Source of the DNA: Candidatus Micrarchaeota archaeon
GTDB taxonomy: Archaea > Micrarchaeota > Micrarchaeia > Micrarchaeales > CABMGC01
Reading direction: 5' to 3'
NCBI GenBank assembly: GCA_021797745.1
Contig: JAJZZD010000005.1
Coordinates: 1,438 to 65,437 of the forward strand
Length of the DNA stretch: 64,000 nucleotides
In this document: positions 51,116 to 60,171 of the stretch, one piece after another
Position numbering within the stretch: position 1 is the first letter of the stretch
Layout of the letters: each line of letters begins with the position of its first letter
Program-made: the position numbers and the translations under genes
Notes under the pieces: model-generated
The model's input: the letters and a program-made list of their open reading frames with translations, nothing else
Databases searched by the model: none
What the model was told of the DNA's origin: nothing

Positions 51116-53902
51116 ATGGCGATAAAAAGGCAGCAAAAAGGAAGAAAAGAAGCTAATGTTTTGTTCAGCGAGGCGCAAAAATATACGGCAAAGCAGCAGG
51201 CCGAAACTGGCAAAAGGAAGGCGTATCTCACCCCCCTTACCTACTACCGATTCAAGGACATGGCACGGGCAGTAGTCAACAACAAAAATTTTGCCGACGC
51301 ACTTGCAACAACTTTCGCTTTCGCAAGCATATCTATCGCGTTTCCCTTCCTGCCTTTGCCTATTCTGATACCTTTTCTCGCTCTGATTTTCATAATAACT
51401 ATGCTGCACTCATTCATGGGCCTGATTACGCTGCTTTTCCTCTCGTTCTTCCCCATCATGTACCAAGCGCCTCTGCTTGCATGGATTTACGCGCTTTTCG
51501 TTTCTGCAGCATTGTTTGTCGGATATTACTTCTACCGCGCTATAACGTTCCTGTTCCTGCTGGTAGCACTGCCGCTGTCTTTCCTGGGTTATCTTCTTGA
51601 GCTGCCAATGTTTTTGCTAGCGATAATTATACTAGGTTTCAAGCGCGCAGTGGGCGTTACTATAGCCGCTCTTGTCATCCTTGTGGCAGTTTCAGGAATG
51701 TCAGGAATTCCAATAGCAGGTCCTTTCATTTACAATACTGCTGGGGCGCACGCCATGATAATGCAAGATGCGTCGTATGCCAGTTACGTGGTCCCAGTCA
51801 AACCTGTGCCTGTGCTGTCAAACATTACCGGCGCATTCTTCAGTTCACTCGGCTCGTTTTTCAGTCTTGGTGTCGCAGGTGGAATTTCGGATGCAATATA
51901 CTACGGACTAACTGCGCTTGGCTATGCATTCCCACTTTTCCTTCTTCAGCTCCTGATTTGGCTGGTTGTGATATTCGTAGTGCACAACTATGCAATCAAA
52001 AGCCGTTCCGCATATAAAGGTGCTGAATCGAGCCTTTTTGGATTCCTGATACCCGTAGCTTACTACGTGCTCGCATCAGTGACTTCGCTGCAGTACAACT
52101 ATTTGGTACTGGTGAGCTTCCTGATAACGCCGGCATTGTTTTTCTCTGCTGAGTTGTTTGGTGTAGATATAGTGAAGGCATTGGAGGTTATGAAACAGGA
52201 TGTGCTAGGCAAATTCGGCACTGCGTTCGAAGACCTGTCACACGGATCAAAGGAAACGCTCGACGATGTTGCCGATTACACTGAGACTAAGCGTGAAATA
52301 CGGATGGCGCTTTTGGCTCCTATAGAGCACAGGGAAATATCAGGTGCATACGGCGTAAAGCCGGCCAAGGGAATACTGCTTTTCGGGCCTCCTGGAACAG
52401 GAAAGACGCTTCTCATGCGTGCAATAGCAAACGAGGTAAGGGCGAGCTTCTTCTACGTGAAAACGTCTAATGTAATATCTCCGTATCCCGGAGAGAGTGC
52501 GCAAATGCTTTCGAAGATATTCACCACTGCCAAAAAGAACGCTCCGAGCGTTCTTTTCTTCGACGAGATCGACGCAATAGCGGGAAAAAGGGAGCAGGAG
52601 TCGAGCGAATCGTCAAGGGAGCTGATGACTGCTTTGCTGACAGAGATGGATGGGTTCAATGCAGTTTCGGGTGTGGCGATAGTGGGAGCAACAAACATAC
52701 CAAATGCGCTGGACAGCGCGATTCTAAGACCTGGTAGATTCGACAAAATTCTTTACATGCCACTTCCTGACCAGAAAGGAAGAGCCGAAATACTCCAGTA
52801 TTATTTTTCCAGACTGCCGGCAAGCAAGGACCTTGATTTCGACCAGCTTGCCTCGCTCACAAGCAGGTATTCAGGTGCCGACCTTAAGAACATTGCCGAT
52901 GAAACTGCGAGGCAGGTGTCTGAAGCTGCGATAGCGCAGAGAAAAGTGCTGATCATAACTATGAAAGATATAATCAAAACCATAAAATCAACAAAGCCAT
53001 CGACAACGATGTCGCAGCTTGAAGATTACACTAAATTCAAAGTTGACTACGAGAGGCGCGCCCATCCCGAAAAGTCAGTCGAAAACGAGGTTAGGCTGAA
53101 GATCGATGATGTTGTTGGTTTGGAAGAAGCGAAGAGAGCGCTTTATGAAGCTGTGGAAGTGCCAATTTTGCATCCTGACATGGTCAAAAAATACGATATC
53201 ACTAACATAAAAGGAGTTCTGCTTTTCGGACCTCCCGGAACCGGAAAAACTATGCTTCTGAATGCGATTGCAGGCGAACTTGAAGATGTGCATATATTCA
53301 AGCTTTCCGGCTACGACATAAGCAGGTACGGAATTGAAAAGGCGCTTGTTGTCATAAAAGAAGCTTTCGACAGGGCAAAGGAGAACACACCAGCCATAAT
53401 ATTTATAGATGAAATAGACGCGCTTGTGCCTTCAAGGGAAGATTCAAGTGAACTGGGAATACAGATAACGGGTGAATTTCTCGAAGAGTTCGACGCCATA
53501 AAGCCATCGAGCGGCATAGTAGTAGTTGGAATCACAAACAGGCCATATTCCCTGGATACTGCGCTTCTTAGGCCCGGCAGATTCGACAAACTCATACTCG
53601 CGCCGCCTCCCAACGCAAAGGAACGCGAGGAGATTTTCAGACGCAATCTCGACAAGGTGCCTCTTGAGAACGATGTCGATTTCGCCAAGCTCGCGCAGAT
53701 GACAGAGCAGTACACTGGAGCAGATATACAGAACATCTGCAGGCAGGCGAAGATGAATGCGCTTGAATCCAGCATGGAAAATGGCGCGTTCAAAATATCA
53801 TTGGACGAACTGCTTAAACTGCTGCAGAAAATCAAGCCGTCTGTTACTACGTACTCGATGCAAAAATATACTGCTTTCATGGACCAGTACGGACAGCGCT
53901 GA
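51116..53902 (+). CDS. Membrane-anchored tandem AAA+ ATPase (polytopic N-terminal domain plus Cdc48-like D1 and D2)
   Basis: Residues about 60-345 form roughly 9-10 hydrophobic helices. Two classical AAA modules follow: Walker A GPPGTGKT at about 52384-52407 and 53226-53249, Walker B FFDEID and FIDEID, and the second region of homology ATNIPNALDSAILRPGRFD and ITNRPYSLDTALLRPGRFD. There is no protease domain. Confidence 0.85.
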   Translation: MAIKRQQKGRKEANVLFSEAQKYTAKQQAETGKRKAYLTPLTYYRFKDMARAVVNNKNFADALATTFAFASISIAFPFLPLPILIPFLALIFIITMLHSFMGLITLLFLSFFPIMYQAPLLAWIYALFVSAALFVGYYFYRAITFLFLLVALPLSFLGYLLELPMFLLAIIILGFKRAVGVTIAALVILVAVSGMSGIPIAGPFIYNTAGAHAMIMQDASYASYVVPVKPVPVLSNITGAFFSSLGSFFSLGVAGGISDAIYYGLTALGYAFPLFLLQLLIWLVVIFVVHNYAIKSRSAYKGAESSLFGFLIPVAYYVLASVTSLQYNYLVLVSFLITPALFFSAELFGVDIVKALEVMKQDVLGKFGTAFEDLSHGSKETLDDVADYTETKREIRMALLAPIEHREISGAYGVKPAKGILLFGPPGTGKTLLMRAIANEVRASFFYVKTSNVISPYPGESAQMLSKIFTTAKKNAPSVLFFDEIDAIAGKREQESSESSRELMTALLTEMDGFNAVSGVAIVGATNIPNALDSAILRPGRFDKILYMPLPDQKGRAEILQYYFSRLPASKDLDFDQLASLTSRYSGADLKNIADETARQVSEAAIAQRKVLIITMKDIIKTIKSTKPSTTMSQLEDYTKFKVDYERRAHPEKSVENEVRLKIDDVVGLEEAKRALYEAVEVPILHPDMVKKYDITNIKGVLLFGPPGTGKTMLLNAIAGELEDVHIFKLSGYDISRYGIEKALVVIKEAFDRAKENTPAIIFIDEIDALVPSREDSSELGIQITGEFLEEFDAIKPSSGIVVVGITNRPYSLDTALLRPGRFDKLILAPPPNAKEREEIFRRNLDKVPLENDVDFAKLAQMTEQYTGADIQNICRQAKMNALESSMENGAFKISLDELLKLLQKIKPSVTTYSMQKYTAFMDQYGQR

Positions 53903-53985
53903 CGCATTGCTCCAAATGCAAGATGCGCCACCGTCATTATTTTAAATGATGACGTCTGATTATACTTAGTTGCAAATGTGATTAT

Positions 53986-54654
53986 ATGACGGCAAATACT
54001 GATTTACTCAATCCAGCGTTCAAATTCCTTTCTGATAATTTTGTCAGTTTCCTGCTGCTTACTGTAGTGTTTCTCATAGCGTACTTTGCGATATACGGCA
54101 TATTCAGCGCCATTGCCGGTGCAGTTTCGTTCACTTCTGCATATTACGGGCCGTTCTACTATTCTGCCTTTGGCTTTAACCAGTTGACCTATGCTATTGT
54201 TCAATCCATAGGGACGCTGCTCATGTCTGCAGCTGTGCTCATATTCATAGCGTCTTTGTTTGAAACAATAGCGCTTATAAAATCAAAAAAATTCGATTTC
54301 GCTCTGGCAATAGGCAACGGAATCAAGCGGGCGCTGTCAAATAAGAACTTGCTCGCGATTGTTCTGCTGCTGGGTTTTGTTGGAGGATTCTTATCGAGCT
54401 ATGCCGGAGCGGGTCCTGATTATTTGTTCTACGTAAACTGGCTCGGATTTTTCGTATTCGGATTGTTCACTGCTGCGTACGTGGGGATTGCGCTCGGTGC
54501 GCAGTCAAGCAGCCACAATGCCAATTTCCTGCAGGTATTCAGTAAAATATCAGGCAACGCCGGAGCCGTGCTTTACGTGACGCTGCTTGCCTCGATAGTT
54601 CCTGTGTTCGGGATTATCCTTCTGCCTCTGGCTGTAATAATCTTGGAGTCGTAG
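53986..54654 (+). CDS. Membrane protein, unknown function (about 6 TM)
   Basis: 222-aa hydrophobic ORF with an ATG start. No family recognised. Confidence 0.55.
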   Translation: MTANTDLLNPAFKFLSDNFVSFLLLTVVFLIAYFAIYGIFSAIAGAVSFTSAYYGPFYYSAFGFNQLTYAIVQSIGTLLMSAAVLIFIASLFETIALIKSKKFDFALAIGNGIKRALSNKNLLAIVLLLGFVGGFLSSYAGAGPDYLFYVNWLGFFVFGLFTAAYVGIALGAQSSSHNANFLQVFSKISGNAGAVLYVTLLASIVPVFGIILLPLAVIILES

Positions 54655-54666
54655 ACTGCGCAGTGC

Positions 54667-55539
54667 TTACTTTTTGCAGAAAGCGTATCCAAGTATTAGA
54701 TACGTCATTTTCGCGACCAGAAAATCAGGGGCCACAATTCCCGGAATTGGATTCAATTCGCACACATCCATGCCTATAAGCTCCTTATCCTCCAAAACCG
54801 TTTTTATTATGTGCGTAAGCTCGTGAAAACTAAGCCCATCCGGTTCAGGGGTGCCTGTGCTTGGCATTATCCCGGGGTCTAGCACATCAACGTCTATTGT
54901 AATGTACACCCTTCCTTTCGATTTCTTCGCTATGTCCTTCCCTATTTCTTCAGGGCTTTTGCCCCTCATGTTTTTTCTGTAAATGGTATCCTTTTCATGT
55001 TTTGAATAAGCTTCACTGAAAGTGCTCCTCACGCCTATGCTTATGCAGCTCTTAGAAATTTCCCTTGCCCTTGCCATCACGTTTGCATGCCCGTACTTGC
55101 TGCCCATATACTCATCGCGGGCATCGCTGTGCGCGTCGAAATGCAATACTGTGAACTCCTTGTATTTCCTGCTTGCCGCCGTTATCCCGCCAAGCGCTAT
55201 CGAATGGTCGCCGCCAAGCAGCAACGGCACCTTGCCGTCCTCCAAGGCGAGCAAAACCTCCTTTTCTATCCTGCGTATGTTATTCTCCGGGGAGCTTACG
55301 TCAGGCTCAAGGTCCTCGACCGTGAATACGCCTATTTTGCTTACGTCTGTTTCCAGCTCCTCGCTGAACAGCTCAAGATTCCTGCTAGCTTCTATTATTG
55401 CATGCGGCCCTTCTCGCGCCCCTGACCTGTACGACACAGTAGAGTCGTATGGAACAGGGAAAACGATCACCTTCGAATTTTCATATTCTGATTCTACACC
55501 GAAAAGGTTGTGCGGCGGCAGCGCATCGAGTATCCTCAT
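54667..55539 (-). CDS. speB: Agmatinase (arginase/ureohydrolase family)
   Basis: Mn-binding motifs GGDHSIALG, HFDAHSD and DVDVLDP. 290 aa. Confidence 0.88.
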   Translation of the reverse strand: MRILDALPPHNLFGVESEYENSKVIVFPVPYDSTVSYRSGAREGPHAIIEASRNLELFSEELETDVSKIGVFTVEDLEPDVSSPENNIRRIEKEVLLALEDGKVPLLLGGDHSIALGGITAASRKYKEFTVLHFDAHSDARDEYMGSKYGHANVMARAREISKSCISIGVRSTFSEAYSKHEKDTIYRKNMRGKSPEEIGKDIAKKSKGRVYITIDVDVLDPGIMPSTGTPEPDGLSFHELTHIIKTVLEDKELIGMDVCELNPIPGIVAPDFLVAKMTYLILGYAFCKK

Positions 55540-55620
55540 GAAATCATCCCTTTTGGCATTTTCCTGAATACTAATACTTAATCGCGATAGGGTTAAATAC
55601 GCGTTTGCAGCCTGCGCGTT

Positions 55621-56988
55621 TCAGTGGAATAACGCCGCGGCTGCGTTGCTCGCAAGTTGCATCACCGGATTTGGGAATATCCCAAAAGCAAGTGTAATCA
55701 GTACGCACGCGGCAACAACGGATATTGTAACGGCGCCAGCCTGTACGTGCCTTGCTCCCACCTTGTCAGTGAACATTGCAAATATCACGCGCGAGTAATA
55801 AAATACTGAAATGACACTGTTCAATATTCCTATCAGCGCAAGGAACAAAAGCCCCGCGTTCACTGCGCTCACGAATATCAGCAGTTTGCCGATGAATCCT
55901 GTTGTGAGCGGCACGCCTATCAACGAGAGCATGAGCACGCTCGCACAAACTGCCATAAACTTATTTTCCTTGAATAAGCCTATCATATCAACTATTTCGT
56001 TCCTGCTGTTTTTCTCAAGCCATGCGACTATGCACATCAGGCCTATGAACATGAACATGTGCGCGAATATCTGGAACATGCTTGCGTATATTCCGAGTTG
56101 ACTCGCAGTTGCTATTCCTATCAATATGTATCCTGCCTGCGATATAGAGGAATATGCTAGCATCCTCTTGAAATTCCTCTGGACGAGCGCAACCAAATTG
56201 CCGTAGAACATGGTAAGTATCGCGAGCGCGACCAGAACATCGAACGCGAACCTGAACGTTATGAATAAGAGTATGACTATCTGAATCAGCGCGGCAAATC
56301 CCACTTTTTTGTTTATGCCGCCTAGCATGGCAGTCACATATGCAGAAGAGCCTTGGTATATGTCAGGAATCAGCACGTTGAATGGGAACAGCGAAGCTTC
56401 GAATCCGAGAGCCGCAATGAATATCGCACTTGCAAATACTGTGATTACTGCAAAGTTCTGTTCAGCAAGCGCAGTCGAGCCCGAAGCGCCGTATATCAGC
56501 ACCACTGCAAACGATACGAGTGCCGTGGCCAGAGACGCCATTATGAGAAATTTAGTGGCCGCCTCGAGGCTTCTTTTCCTTGATAGGAGGGACATGAACA
56601 CGCTCGGAATCGACATCAGTTCTAAACCGAGGAATATCATTATCAACGAACTTGCAGATGCAACCAGGTACATGCCTATGAGCGCGAATGCACTAAGTAC
56701 TGCGAAATCGCCGTAATTATCGGCATATTCATATGCTATTGAGCTTACAGCAAGCATGCCTGCTGTGAACAGGAGCATGAAAAACGTCGAGAACTGGCTA
56801 ATTTTCACTGTCCCAAGATATGTCGCACTGCCAGGCAAGGAACTGAGCAGTAATAGCGTACCGAAAAGGGAAAACAGCACCGCTTCATTGTACGCAAATA
56901 TTACTTTTTTGTTCCTGAGGTTCCAGAGTACCGCATCTCCGAAAACCAGAGCAAGGCACAGTGCAGCGAAAACATCTATGTATATCAT
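55621..56988 (-). CDS. nuoN: Complex-I-like subunit N (ND2)
   Basis: 455-aa antiporter-like subunit (about 14 TM, ...LAYSSISQAGYIL...). Last gene of the minus-strand nuo string. Confidence 0.8.
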   Translation of the reverse strand: MIYIDVFAALCLALVFGDAVLWNLRNKKVIFAYNEAVLFSLFGTLLLLSSLPGSATYLGTVKISQFSTFFMLLFTAGMLAVSSIAYEYADNYGDFAVLSAFALIGMYLVASASSLIMIFLGLELMSIPSVFMSLLSRKRSLEAATKFLIMASLATALVSFAVVLIYGASGSTALAEQNFAVITVFASAIFIAALGFEASLFPFNVLIPDIYQGSSAYVTAMLGGINKKVGFAALIQIVILLFITFRFAFDVLVALAILTMFYGNLVALVQRNFKRMLAYSSISQAGYILIGIATASQLGIYASMFQIFAHMFMFIGLMCIVAWLEKNSRNEIVDMIGLFKENKFMAVCASVLMLSLIGVPLTTGFIGKLLIFVSAVNAGLLFLALIGILNSVISVFYYSRVIFAMFTDKVGARHVQAGAVTISVVAACVLITLAFGIFPNPVMQLASNAAAALFH

Positions 56989-57020
56989 CAGGTATCACAT
57001 CAAACTAATATTCAACTCGC

Positions 57021-57040
57021 ATTCCACTTAATTCCACTTA
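57021..57040. repeat. Tandem repeat ATTCCACTTA x2 in the nuoL-nuoN spacer
   Basis: Exact 10-nt copies read directly. The surrounding 113-nt spacer is G-poor on the plus strand. Confidence 0.8.
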
Positions 57041-57101
57041 CATTAAACTTGTACTCAACCAACACAAAACCAATACGTTACAGCACAATCAATATATTGC
57101 A

Positions 57102-58934
57102 TCAGAGAATCACCGACAAAGCCACCACCAGAATTACAAACAAGCCCGCAGCGAAAAGCGCCACATAATAATTCAACTTGCCAGTCGCTGCGAAGCTAGA
57201 GTAATAGCCGAACCTGTTGATTGCATGCCCAAGCCTGTCGAACAGTTCGTTAATCTGCAAATCAAGGAAATAAAAGCCATCTGCTATTTCGATGAACATT
57301 AGGCAGAAATACTTGTATACTGCATTGAATATGAAAGTTGTCTGCGGAAGCTGGTGGCCCTTCATTCCGATTCGTTTAGCTGTTTTTGCCAGCGCAGAAC
57401 TTGCACGTGCATACACTAAATATGCCAAAATCAGTCCTGCAACAGCAATAAGCGTTTCAATAACCGATTCAGCAACGTTTATTGAAAGCAGGTTGTAGTT
57501 TGCGTAGCCAGGCACACCATGATACGCAAGGCCATTCGGAATATATGTCTGTGCGTACACGAACCATGCTCCAGCAATCAGTGTAAACGCGGCCATCGCT
57601 AGCATGCTGTACTTCATGCTCCTGGGCTGCATGTCATATGCGATTTCCACACTTTTGTCTGCTTTCTTGGAAATCGTGAAGAACCATCTGAACATGTAGA
57701 AGCTTGTGGCAAGTCCCATTGCAAGCATGACTAAATATATTATGAAATTCATTTCAAATGCAGACTGCGCGGCGAGCGCACCGAATGCAGAACCGAGACC
57801 TACATTCGAAAAGAAGCCGTCAAAAGGTATGAATCCCGCAATTGCGAGCACACCAAAAAGCGTAGTTACGAAAATCATCCTGTTGCTTCTGACCCCGCCG
57901 ATTTCATCAAGCCTCTCCTTTCCTGTGGCTTCCATTGCGCTGCCCGCGCTGAAAAACAGGAGCACCTTATAAAAACCCTGGGCCAAGAAGAAGTAAATGC
58001 CTGCGGCAAGGGCTCCTCCGCATACGGCAACAAGCATAAGTGCGAGTTCCTGTACTGTGGAATATGCTATTACTTTCTTTATTTGCATTTCCTTCATCGC
58101 ATTAAGCGCTGCAAGCACCGCAGTTATTACTCCCACTATTATTATAGGTTGCAAATAACCGTACGCCGCAAATATTGGCAGCAAAATTATTACTGCAAAC
58201 ACGCCCGCTTTTACCATCGTAGCAGAATGAAGAAGCGCGGAAACAGTTGTCGGTCCTTCCATCGCATCGGAAAGCCATTCATGAAAAGGGAATTGCGCAG
58301 ATTTCGTAAAAACCGCAGCCGTGAGGAGAAAAACCGCCACGCCAGGCAAGATTCCGGAATGTGCCTCAATGCCCGACAATATGGGCCCGAAGTTGAGAGT
58401 GCCGAACGATACTAGAAATAGGACTATTGCCGCAAAAAGCAGTATATCTCCTATCATGACTATTGTAATCGCTTTTCTGGCGGCTGCGGCAGCCCTGTCC
58501 CTGCTGTTGTAAAATCCTATTAGCAGATAACTTGCAACGCTCAGGAATTCCCAGGCGATGAAAAAAACAATGAAGCCTCCGGCCATTGCGAAAATTACCA
58601 TTGCGGTTTCGAATCCGAGCATCTCTATGTAATACCTTTTCTGCTCGCTCGGCAGCTTTATGTAGCCGAAAGAGTACAGGAAAATGAACGGGCTTATCGC
58701 AAGCACCATGAACAGCAGGAGCAGATTTACAGCGCCAACTGAAAACGTGATGCTTAACTGATAATTCCCAACGCCAATCCAGCCGTACGTGTATGTGCCT
58801 GTGCCTATGAACGGGAGCAGCGCCAGGCTTATTACGCTCGCAGCCAACGCAGCGTATTTCGCCTGCTTTCTGTCGAGTATCGCGGCGAGAAGTATGGCAG
58901 CTAAAAGAGGCAAAATCAAGATTATAGGTACCAA
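57102..58934 (-). CDS. nuoL: Complex-I-like subunit L (ND5)
   Basis: 610 aa, ...FHEWLSDAMEGPTTVSALLHSATMVKAGVF... (ND5 signature). TTG start 4 nt after the nuoK stop. Confidence 0.88.
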   Translation of the reverse strand: MVPIILILPLLAAILLAAILDRKQAKYAALAASVISLALLPFIGTGTYTYGWIGVGNYQLSITFSVGAVNLLLLFMVLAISPFIFLYSFGYIKLPSEQKRYYIEMLGFETAMVIFAMAGGFIVFFIAWEFLSVASYLLIGFYNSRDRAAAAARKAITIVMIGDILLFAAIVLFLVSFGTLNFGPILSGIEAHSGILPGVAVFLLTAAVFTKSAQFPFHEWLSDAMEGPTTVSALLHSATMVKAGVFAVIILLPIFAAYGYLQPIIIVGVITAVLAALNAMKEMQIKKVIAYSTVQELALMLVAVCGGALAAGIYFFLAQGFYKVLLFFSAGSAMEATGKERLDEIGGVRSNRMIFVTTLFGVLAIAGFIPFDGFFSNVGLGSAFGALAAQSAFEMNFIIYLVMLAMGLATSFYMFRWFFTISKKADKSVEIAYDMQPRSMKYSMLAMAAFTLIAGAWFVYAQTYIPNGLAYHGVPGYANYNLLSINVAESVIETLIAVAGLILAYLVYARASSALAKTAKRIGMKGHQLPQTTFIFNAVYKYFCLMFIEIADGFYFLDLQINELFDRLGHAINRFGYYSSFAATGKLNYYVALFAAGLFVILVVALSVIL

Positions 58935-58938
58935 ATAT

Positions 58939-59244
58939 TCACCTCTTCAAATCTGACAGTTTGCTCACGTCGAAATCGAATCCCTGCGATTTCATGAACA
59001 CGTAGAAAGTTATGAGCGCTATGACCTCCACAGCGGCGACTGCCCACAGGCTTATCAGAAGAATGATGCCGTCGCCTCCAGGGTTCTGGGAATAGGACAT
59101 GAAAGTAACCAGTGCGATTACGCTCGACAGCAATATGAGCTCTATGCACACCATCATCACGACAAAATGCCTTTCCGCAATCAGGCCGGCTAGCGCTGCA
59201 GACAGCAGGCCAATGCTTGCAAGGAACGAATAAATGAACAGCAT
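58939..59244 (-). CDS. nuoK: Complex-I-like subunit K (ND4L)
   Basis: 101 aa and 3 TM from the ATG at 59244, which shares 1 nt with the nuoJ TGA stop. The track's 184-aa version overlaps nuoJ and was trimmed. Confidence 0.8.
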   Translation of the reverse strand: MLFIYSFLASIGLLSAALAGLIAERHFVVMMVCIELILLSSVIALVTFMSYSQNPGGDGIILLISLWAVAAVEVIALITFYVFMKSQGFDFDVSKLSDLKR

Positions 59245-59705
59245 CAAATCACTATTTTTGCGAATTTCTTCAGCACCAGCACGCTTCCCGTCACTGCAGC
59301 AAACATAAGCAGCATCGCTGCGTACAATAACATATAACTGCCTGAGAATGCCGATTCTGCTCCGGACTGTACGTTGCTGGGATAAACTGCATTGTATGCT
59401 GGACCCAGCGACACGGCGAAATACGCTAAAATCGCAAATATCACAGAGAATAATACGAGAAATTTTGCATGCATAGCACCCTGGCTTTTCCAATTCTTTT
59501 CCTCTGTAGCTACTGCGATTATCAGAAAAGTAGCCAAACCGCCGGTGAACACAAGGAGCTGCAAAAGAGCAATCAATTCCTGGCCGAGCAGCGCAAAAAT
59601 TATTGCGCTTCCCACGCTTGCGAGCGCGAAGAAAATAATGGCATAGATGAGCTTTCTGCTCATAACTACGAAAATGCCGCTGCTTACCGTGAGTGCAGCA
59701 AACAC
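59244..59705 (-). CDS. nuoJ: Complex-I-like subunit J (ND6)
   Basis: 153 aa, 5 TM, in the expected position between nuoI and nuoK. GTG start. Confidence 0.75.
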   Translation of the reverse strand: MFAALTVSSGIFVVMSRKLIYAIIFFALASVGSAIIFALLGQELIALLQLLVFTGGLATFLIIAVATEEKNWKSQGAMHAKFLVLFSVIFAILAYFAVSLGPAYNAVYPSNVQSGAESAFSGSYMLLYAAMLLMFAAVTGSVLVLKKFAKIVI

Positions 59706-59736
59706 AAGCAGGCTTATCTCATTTTCAAGTATAAAA

Positions 59737-60102
59737 TCATCCCTGAAGCTCTTCAGGCCTTTTTACGTAATCCCTTTTGTCATATGCTTCGAGCTCATAG
59801 CCCTTCGTGAGCGTAAGGCACTTAGTGGGGCACACCTCCTCGCACAGGCCGCAGAACAGGCATCTTTCAATCCCTATCTGCGGAAATTTCTTCTCGCCTT
59901 TGTCAGTCAGTGCATCTACCATGTCTATTGTTTTGTTAGGGCATATCCTCTCGCACGCAGCGCAGTTTATGCACGTAGGCATGTCGAGCCTGAACATGTA
60001 CTTTTCCCTGTCGCTCATAGAATCCCTTTCCTCAGGGAATTCGAGCGTGAAGCGCTTTTCGGCAATGCTTTTTGCGGTTTTGGCCAACGGTTCTAATATC
60101 AT
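59737..60102 (-). CDS. nuoI: Complex-I-like subunit I (2x[4Fe-4S] ferredoxin-type)
   Basis: Two cluster motifs, CINCAACERICP and CLFCGLCEEVCP. Confidence 0.88.
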   Translation of the reverse strand: MILEPLAKTAKSIAEKRFTLEFPEERDSMSDREKYMFRLDMPTCINCAACERICPNKTIDMVDALTDKGEKKFPQIGIERCLFCGLCEEVCPTKCLTLTKGYELEAYDKRDYVKRPEELQG

Positions 60103-60123
60103 ATCAGCAACCTGTATTTTTTC

Positions 60124-60159
60124 AATTTGTGTCTTAATTTGTGTCTTAATTTATATCTT
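60124..60159. repeat. 12-nt tandem repeat x3 (AATTTGTGTCTT, AATTTGTGTCTT, AATTTATATCTT) in the nuoH-nuoI spacer
   Basis: Read directly. The third copy has two G>A changes. On the coding (minus) strand the unit is AAGACACAAATT. Confidence 0.85.
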
Positions 60160-60171
60160 GATTTTAAATTT

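Noticed and set aside
58939-59493. 184-aa version of nuoK from the track
   Set aside because: Its first 83 codons overlap nuoJ in another frame and are not membrane-protein-like. The canonical 101-aa NuoK starts at the ATG at 59244, which shares 1 nt with the nuoJ TGA stop.
60124-60159. CRISPR array or minisatellite
   Set aside because: There are only three directly abutting 12-nt copies with no spacers. No other repeat-spacer structure was seen anywhere in the window.
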